Source: a virus
Lineage: Duplodnaviria > Caudoviricetes
IMG/VR virus record: IMGVR_UViG_3300017650_000025
Location: 1 to 28,000 of that record
Reading direction: 5' to 3' (one strand)
Length of the DNA stretch: 28,000 nt
Shown: piece after piece, positions 22,068 through 28,000 of the stretch
Numbering within the stretch: position 1 is the stretch's first letter
Layout of the letters: each line of letters opens with the position of its first letter
Translations under genes and position numbers: made by a program
Notes under the pieces: model-generated
Databases searched by the model: none
Told to the model about the DNA's origin: nothing
The model's input: the letters and a program-made list of their open reading frames with translations, nothing else

Positions 22068-24741
22068 CGTCGAAAAGCTCGTTGTCCAAATTGCTGCCGA
22101 CCTTAGCCAGTATAAGAAGGGCATGGAACAGGCGGCCGGCGTGACCAGCCGTCAGGCCCGCGCCATTGAGGCACGCTGGCGGCAGGCCAACAAGAACCTG
22201 GATGGTATCGGCCGCGATATGGCGCGGAGCCTGATTGCTCCGCTCGCGGGTGTTGTCGGAGCGTTGGGTACGCGCGAGATTCTATCTTACGCCGACGCGT
22301 GGACGCGGGCCGGGAATCTGATCGCGGCCGCAGGGCAGGTTGCAGGGCGCCAGGGCCGCTCACTCGAAGGCATCAACCAGATCGCGCAAGACACGCGCGG
22401 TGAGTTCGGCGCGACGGCCGAACTATACGCCAGATTGCTTCGGTCGACGGCGAACGTTGCGGAATCCGAGAGGGAAGTCGCGCAGGCGACGGAGACGGTC
22501 AATAAGGCGTTCAAGGCAGGCGGTGCTGCATCTTCGGAAATGGCCGCGGGCGTCCTCCAGTTGTCGCAAGGTCTTGGCTCTGGCGTGCTTGCCGGAGACG
22601 AGCTCCGGTCGGTGCGTGAGAATGCCCCGCTGCTGGCGCAGGCCATTGCCGACTATTTCGGTACGACAATTGCTGGCCTGAAAAAGCTCGGCGAGGAGGG
22701 GCGTCTCACCAGCGATAAGGTGTTCAAGGCAATCCTTTCTGCGAAAGGCAAAATCGACGGCGCTTTCAACGCGACATCTCAGACGATCGGGGACGCTGTT
22801 ACCAGAATCAACAATGCGTTCACGCAGTACATCGGCCAGTCAGATGAAGGCCTGGGTGCAACAGGTCGTTTAACGGCCGGGCTGAACGCACTTGCCAACA
22901 ACTTCGACAATGTCGCCGACACCACGTTGAAGGTTGCGAGCATCATTGCTGCCGCGCTCGTTGGTCGGTCCATCGGCGGTATGATTGCGAAGCTGGGGAT
23001 CGCCACCAGCGCGGTGACGACATTCGTTGCCGCGTTGCGAACGGCGAGCATTGCGACCGCTATTGGAGGACTCGGGGCTGCTGCTGGTCCGATTGGTCTT
23101 TTGATCGGCGGCACTGTCGCGACCGCTTTGGCGCTCTATTACAGCAACTCCAAGGATGCGACGGCAGGCTCGAAAGAATATGCCAAGGCCCTGAAACAGG
23201 TCGAAGACGCCGCCAAAAGAGCGGGGCCTGCCGTGGAGGGCGCCGCTGCCAGCGCCGCCAAGGCCGCCGACGAAGCCTTCGCGGCGGCCCAAAAAAAGGT
23301 CGCGGATGATTTTGCGGCCGCACTTGAGCCGGCGAGCCGAGATGTCCAGACGTTCATTGATCTGTGGCGTGGATCAGATGATGTCGGCGTCGCGCTTCTG
23401 GAGCGGATTCAGTCGCTGATATCCGAGGTCGCGAAGGGAAAGGCTCCCGTTAGCAGCCTCAAGACCGCCATCGAAGAACTTGGCAAGCTCGATGCATTCA
23501 GCAAGATAGCGGGCGACCTTTCCGCTCTCCTTGGCGGTATCGACAAGGCGTCCGGCAAGTTCAAGTCGCTGAGCGATCAGATCGAGAAAAATCGCGCAGC
23601 TCAAAACCCACCACCTGTCGATCCGTCCGTGCGGCAAGCCAAGATCGATAAAGCGGCCGCCGATTATCTCGCCGACGCCGAGCGACGCAACAAGCTTACG
23701 AAGGATCAACTCGCGCTCGAGGAGGAGATCGCGCGCGTCAAGAAGGATGCTCTTGGAAAGGGTGTCGAGTTGACCGATGCGCAGGCGAAGCGCGCTGCTC
23801 AAGTAAATATTTCCGGAAACGATCGTCGTTCAGCGGAGGGTCGCGTCGTTAGGAAAACTGCCGACTCCCGGTTCGACCAAGATATTCAGTCTGTTCGCGA
23901 TCGCACGGCGGCGCTTGTCGAAGAACAGAGGATCATCGGCCTCAGCGTCGCTGAACAAGAATCACGGCGTATGGCGCTGGATCTTGAACAGCAGGCCTTA
24001 AAAAATCTGCGCGAAGAGGCTCGCCGGAAAGGCGAAACCGATCTCGAATCCATCAGGCTGTCTGACGAGCAGCGTCAAAAGATCGACGACGCATCTGAGG
24101 CCTATGGAAGACAGGCCAAGGCCTTGGAGCGAGTTCGCGAGAAACAGCAACGCGCCGAGCAGATGGCGTCTGAGTTCTACGAATCCTTCAAATCTGGTAT
24201 GGCTGATGCCATCACTGGTGCAAAATCATTCGATGAGGCGCTGCAGGGTGTCCTGAAGCGGCTCGGCGATCTGCTGATTAATTCTGCCTTCGATAGCTTG
24301 TTTAAGCCTGCGGGTGGTGGCGGGTTGTTCAAATCGCTCGTCGACATGTTCAAGTTCGATGATGGCGGATACACTGGACCCGGAGGAAAGCACCAGCCAG
24401 CCGGCGTCGTTCATAAAGGCGAAGTCGTCTGGAGTCAGAAAGACGTTCGCAACGCTGGTGGCGTCGGGGTGGTCGAGGCTATGCGCCGCGGTGCTCGTGG
24501 TTATGCGGACGGCGGCGTTGTGGCGGCGCCACGATTTTCCGCGTCGACGCTGCCTTCCATTTCAAAGGCATCATCTGCGATATCCGTCTCCATGCGCAGC
24601 GGCGATATCGTGATTCAAGGCAGTGCGGACCAACAGACTCTTGCAATAATGCGGCAGGAACTCGCGCGACGTGATGCGGAGTTTCCGTCTCGTGTCGTGA
24701 GGGCCGTGCAGAAAGCGCGCTCTGGGAGGGTCGAATTTTGA
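22057..24741 (+). CDS. Tail tape measure protein
   Basis: 894 aa Ala-rich helical; QLSQGLGSGVLAGDELRSVRENAP domain; C-terminal GGYTGPGGK.QPAGVVHKGE. Confidence 0.95.
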   Translation: MATDVEKLVVQIAADLSQYKKGMEQAAGVTSRQARAIEARWRQANKNLDGIGRDMARSLIAPLAGVVGALGTREILSYADAWTRAGNLIAAAGQVAGRQGRSLEGINQIAQDTRGEFGATAELYARLLRSTANVAESEREVAQATETVNKAFKAGGAASSEMAAGVLQLSQGLGSGVLAGDELRSVRENAPLLAQAIADYFGTTIAGLKKLGEEGRLTSDKVFKAILSAKGKIDGAFNATSQTIGDAVTRINNAFTQYIGQSDEGLGATGRLTAGLNALANNFDNVADTTLKVASIIAAALVGRSIGGMIAKLGIATSAVTTFVAALRTASIATAIGGLGAAAGPIGLLIGGTVATALALYYSNSKDATAGSKEYAKALKQVEDAAKRAGPAVEGAAASAAKAADEAFAAAQKKVADDFAAALEPASRDVQTFIDLWRGSDDVGVALLERIQSLISEVAKGKAPVSSLKTAIEELGKLDAFSKIAGDLSALLGGIDKASGKFKSLSDQIEKNRAAQNPPPVDPSVRQAKIDKAAADYLADAERRNKLTKDQLALEEEIARVKKDALGKGVELTDAQAKRAAQVNISGNDRRSAEGRVVRKTADSRFDQDIQSVRDRTAALVEEQRIIGLSVAEQESRRMALDLEQQALKNLREEARRKGETDLESIRLSDEQRQKIDDASEAYGRQAKALERVREKQQRAEQMASEFYESFKSGMADAITGAKSFDEALQGVLKRLGDLLINSAFDSLFKPAGGGGLFKSLVDMFKFDDGGYTGPGGKHQPAGVVHKGEVVWSQKDVRNAGGVGVVEAMRRGARGYADGGVVAAPRFSASTLPSISKASSAISVSMRSGDIVIQGSADQQTLAIMRQELARRDAEFPSRVVRAVQKARSGRVEF

Positions 24742-25388
24742 GTCTTTCAGAACCGTTCGACCTTCTAGCCGATCTCCCCGGCTGGACGACGCAGTTTGAG
24801 CCTGCGTGGCGGCAGGAGCAGTCGCGCGAAGCTGGTGGGCGCACCTATGTGAAGGATCTCGGCGATCCGCTGTGGACGCTCTCCGCGCAGTCTCGCCCGC
24901 TTAGCCCCAATGAACTGGATTATTGGCGAGCGCGCCTGAATGCCATGGAGAATGGCCTAGCGACGTTCTGGGGCTACTCCATGTCGCGGTGCTATCCTAT
25001 TAAGTATCCGCGCGGAACGTGGCCCACGGGCGCTGGCTTCGACGGCAATGCCACACTGGCTAGCGTTGGGGCTAACAACAAATCCGTGTCGATCTCCGGC
25101 CTGCCGGTTGGGTACGTCGTGTCGGCTGGTGACTATATCCAGATCGGCGATGCCGACCTTCATCACGTTGTGGAAGGCGCGACAGCCAATGGCTCCGGCA
25201 TCACACCTGAGTTTGAGGTGCGCCCGCATATCTGGCCTGGTGTCGACGTCAACGACAGTCCCGCGCCTATTGTGAGGGTCAAGCGGCCTGCCTGCATCAT
25301 GGCGATCGTGCCGGGTAGTGTGCAGAGCCAAGCGGACCCTCAGACTGGCTGGGGCGCGGTGTCGTTTCAAGCGATGGAGGCGCGGTAA
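24738..25388 (+). CDS. Distal tail (Dit-like) protein
   Basis: Position after TMP, TTGA coupling. Confidence 0.7.
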   Translation: MSLSEPFDLLADLPGWTTQFEPAWRQEQSREAGGRTYVKDLGDPLWTLSAQSRPLSPNELDYWRARLNAMENGLATFWGYSMSRCYPIKYPRGTWPTGAGFDGNATLASVGANNKSVSISGLPVGYVVSAGDYIQIGDADLHHVVEGATANGSGITPEFEVRPHIWPGVDVNDSPAPIVRVKRPACIMAIVPGSVQSQADPQTGWGAVSFQAMEAR

Positions 25389-25390
25389 GT

Positions 25391-26053
25391 ATGCGCAGCC
25401 TCCACCCAGACATTTACGAAGCGCTATCCGACCGCAAGCTGGTCGCGCGAGACTTCATCTGGTTCATCGTCCGCGACGCCACAACTGGCGACCCGGTCAC
25501 GGACGGCTACTGGTCTGGCGCTGGCACCATTAACGCCAGCGTGATCGACCCAGACACAGGCGGCGCGGTGTCGCGGCAGTTCGTCGGTGCGGGCGGGCTG
25601 ATCCAGATTTCCGATATCCCGCTTGTGTCAAACGTCACTGTGCAGAACGTGACGGTGCAGTTGAATCAGGTCATGGACCGCATCAACGAGCTGGTGCGCG
25701 ATTACGACTGTAAGCAGGGCACAGTTATCATCTGGCGCGGGCTATACAATCCCGACACGCGCAAGATGGTACAGGCCGCGATTCCGCGGTTCTATGGCTT
25801 CATCGACACGATCGAGATCAACACGCCCAGCGAAAACAGCGAGGGATGTGTTGTCCTCACCTGCACCTCGCACACGCAGGAGATGACGCGCTCGAACTCC
25901 GATACGCGCTCGGACGCATCGCAGCGCCTACGGCTCTCGACTGATAACTTCTACGTCGACACGACCGTTGTCGGGACGTGGCAGCATTTCTGGGGCAGGG
26001 CGGACGGCACCGTTCCGTCGCAGCCGCCTTCTTATAAGAAAAACTGGAGCTAA
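25391..26053 (+). CDS. Minor tail / hub protein
   Basis: Position; FYGFIDT...RSDASQRLR...D.F...WG pattern. Confidence 0.72.
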   Translation: MRSLHPDIYEALSDRKLVARDFIWFIVRDATTGDPVTDGYWSGAGTINASVIDPDTGGAVSRQFVGAGGLIQISDIPLVSNVTVQNVTVQLNQVMDRINELVRDYDCKQGTVIIWRGLYNPDTRKMVQAAIPRFYGFIDTIEINTPSENSEGCVVLTCTSHTQEMTRSNSDTRSDASQRLRLSTDNFYVDTTVVGTWQHFWGRADGTVPSQPPSYKKNWS

Positions 26054-26058
26054 CCAAC

Positions 26059-26523
26059 GTGGTGAGGCGCGGGCGGCTGTCCGACAAGGACCGCGTGGTC
26101 GAATTGCTGCGCGACAGCCGGGTTGGGGCAGGTTTTGACAGACCAGACGGAATATCCGGCTTCGTTTTTCCGTATGACAAAGCATACGCGGAGCGTCTTT
26201 TCCTGCATCACGTAGGTTCACCAGACGCGGCTTGTTTCGTTTTCGATGTCGACGGTATCGCGCAAGGAATCCTGATGATGGTCGCTTTCGATCATTCATA
26301 CGGACCCGTTCGGGTATCGAAAGACAGTATGTGGTGGATCGACCCCACGCACCGTGGCGGGACAGCAGCCGTTCGCATGCTTGACGCAGCGGAGGAGTGG
26401 GCGCGCTCCCGTGGATGTGCATTCGGCGGGATCGCTGGCATGGGCGGCGATCCGAATATCGCGCGGCTCTTGGAGAGGCGCGGCTATCGCGCCGCCGAAG
26501 TCCACTACCTCAAGCCGCTATAG
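26059..26523 (+). CDS. GNAT-fold acetyltransferase-like protein
   Basis: WWIDPTHRGG.AAVRMLDAAEEWARSRG (motif A), ARLLERRGY (motif B). Confidence 0.82.
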   Translation: MVRRGRLSDKDRVVELLRDSRVGAGFDRPDGISGFVFPYDKAYAERLFLHHVGSPDAACFVFDVDGIAQGILMMVAFDHSYGPVRVSKDSMWWIDPTHRGGTAAVRMLDAAEEWARSRGCAFGGIAGMGGDPNIARLLERRGYRAAEVHYLKPL

Positions 26524-26545
26524 AACCCTGTAAGGCTTACTCGAT

Positions 26546-28000
26546 TTGCCCATTTTCTCTGCTATTGCCGCAGGTATCGCGGCCATTGGCTCGTTTATCG
26601 GCGGCCTTGGCGCGATCGGCTCATTCGCGTTGCAGATGGCGGCCGGCATCGGCGTCAGCTATCTCGCGAAGGCGTTGGCCGGCAAGCCGAAGCAACAGAG
26701 CGCATCAAATGGCGTTTCTGGCGTCCAAGGGCAGTTGCAAGCGGCTGGTGATGTGCCGCGGCAGTTCATGCTTGGTAAGGGTGCAACGGCAGGCTCGCTG
26801 GTCTACGCTAACGCGTGGGGTAACGATGGCGATACGCCGAATGCCTACTTCACACAGGTCATCGCGCTCAGCGACTTGCCCATAAAGGGCCTCCTCGGCG
26901 TATGGGTGAATGGTGAGCTTGGTACGCTAGGAAGTGTTGCGCACCCCGATTTTGGATTTCCTGTCACTCAGTATTTTAAGGACGGCAAGGACCACCTCTG
27001 GATCAAATTCTACGATGGTACGCAGACTGTTGCGGACCCGTTTCTGACAACCCGCGTTTCGACCGCAGAGCGGCCGTACCAGTCGACTCGTGTCGGCAAG
27101 GGTATTGCCTATGTGGTCTGCACATCGCTGGTGAATGACACTCTATTTACTGGCTTCCCGCAGTTCTTGTTCGAACTTGATGGCGTTCGGCTTTATGATC
27201 CGTCGAAGGACGATACCAACGGCGGTGAGGGCGACCAGCGCTATTCCGACCCGGCGACGTGGGGCGGTGATGGTGACGATCTGCCAGCGGTGCAGATCTA
27301 CAATCTGCTGCGCGGTATCAAATACGGCGACGACTGGCTTTACGGCTTCCAGAATTTCTCGGGTCGCCGCGCAATTGCAGAAAACTGGGTTGCGCAGGCG
27401 AATAAGTGTCGCGCTCTGGTGGAGGGGCCGGACGGTCCTGAGCCTACCTACAGGTCGGCTGGGCAGATCGCCGTTGATACGCCGCTTGGCGACACGGTCG
27501 AAGCTCTTCTAACATCCTGCCAAGGCAAGTTGTCCGAGACGGGCGGCTTCTACAAGATGCATTGCGGCGAGCCGGATAGCCCGTCGTTCTATTTCACCGA
27601 CGATGACATTCTCTCGACCGAGGAGCAGAGTTTTACGCCGTTCTTCGGGTTGGCTGATACGGTCAACGGCATTTCGGGCAAGTATCCAGCTCCCGCCGAG
27701 GGGTGGGCAATGAAGCCCGCGCCTCCTGTGCTGCGGACAGACCTTGAGGCCCGCGCTGGCAATCGCCGGCTTCTATCTGACGTGACGTTTGATTTCGTGC
27801 CGCATGCGTCCCAGGTGCAGCGGCTCATGAATTCCGCGCTTCTGGCGGCACAGCGTGCGCGGAGGCATACCTTCTCATTCGGGCCGAAGTTCTGGTTTGT
27901 CGAGCCGGGCGACGTTGGTGCTTATACGTCTCAGCGCAACGGCTACGCCGATAAGCTGTTTGAGGTAAATGGCGCGGTCGACAAGGCCAACCTTGATATC
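26546..28000 (+). CDS. Tail tip / host-specificity protein (gpJ-like), truncated by window end
   Basis: TTG start (MPIFSAIAAG...), TAGSLVY, TQVIALSDLP, G.RLYDPSKD motifs; frame appears to run off the edge so absent from ORF track. Confidence 0.85.
   Translation, partial: MPIFSAIAAGIAAIGSFIGGLGAIGSFALQMAAGIGVSYLAKALAGKPKQQSASNGVSGVQGQLQAAGDVPRQFMLGKGATAGSLVYANAWGNDGDTPNAYFTQVIALSDLPIKGLLGVWVNGELGTLGSVAHPDFGFPVTQYFKDGKDHLWIKFYDGTQTVADPFLTTRVSTAERPYQSTRVGKGIAYVVCTSLVNDTLFTGFPQFLFELDGVRLYDPSKDDTNGGEGDQRYSDPATWGGDGDDLPAVQIYNLLRGIKYGDDWLYGFQNFSGRRAIAENWVAQANKCRALVEGPDGPEPTYRSAGQIAVDTPLGDTVEALLTSCQGKLSETGGFYKMHCGEPDSPSFYFTDDDILSTEEQSFTPFFGLADTVNGISGKYPAPAEGWAMKPAPPVLRTDLEARAGNRRLLSDVTFDFVPHASQVQRLMNSALLAAQRARRHTFSFGPKFWFVEPGDVGAYTSQRNGYADKLFEVNGAVDKANLDI

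Larger units (their letters stand above)
1..28000. mobile_element. Temperate lambdoid siphophage/prophage segment (immunity, replication, packaging, head and tail modules); extends beyond both window ends
   Basis: Canonical gene order antirepressor-cI/cro-replication-late regulator-HNH-terS-terL-portal-protease-capsid-tail-TMP; no host housekeeping genes, integrase or att site inside the window. Confidence 0.97.

Noticed and set aside
21056-28000. Gene transfer agent interpretation of the GTA-like tail genes
   Set aside because: Window includes repressor switch, replication and HNH/cos-type packaging genes typical of a true temperate phage
1-28000. tRNA, rRNA, integrase, att site, IS elements, lysis genes
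   Set aside because: None recognisable by eye in this window; integrase and lysis genes probably lie outside it

Overview
The whole window is the core of a temperate lambdoid siphophage or prophage. The host is most likely an alphaproteobacterium (Rhizobiales-like), judged from a GAAC-N7-GAAC LexA box, GcrA-like genes and GTA-like tail genes. Left to right: (1) a leftward early operon headed by a BRO/KilAC antirepressor; (2) an OL-like operator pair; (3) an AT-richer accessory island at the position of lambda rexAB, holding a LexA-boxed two-gene operon that converges on a three-gene operon (RelE/HigB-like toxin, XRE-HTH antitoxin with a disordered tail, DUF6941-like protein); (4) a cI/cro switch with three operators spaced exactly 24 bp apart; (5) rightward early genes, including an ORF ending in an FtsZ-tail-like peptide that overlaps an antisense zinc-ribbon gene, a stand-alone GcrA C-terminal domain, an adenine MTase and a replication initiator with iterons; (6) a NusG-like late regulator; (7) HNH, cos-like region, terminases and an HK97-type head; (8) a tail module with a -1 frameshift chaperone, tape measure, an in-operon GNAT and a tail-tip gene cut by the window end. 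The best candidate for an undescribed system is the toxin-antitoxin-DUF6941 triad (4072-5451), which resembles a toxin-antitoxin-chaperone (TAC) defence system with a non-SecB third partner. All family calls come from motif recognition by eye; no database searches were run.
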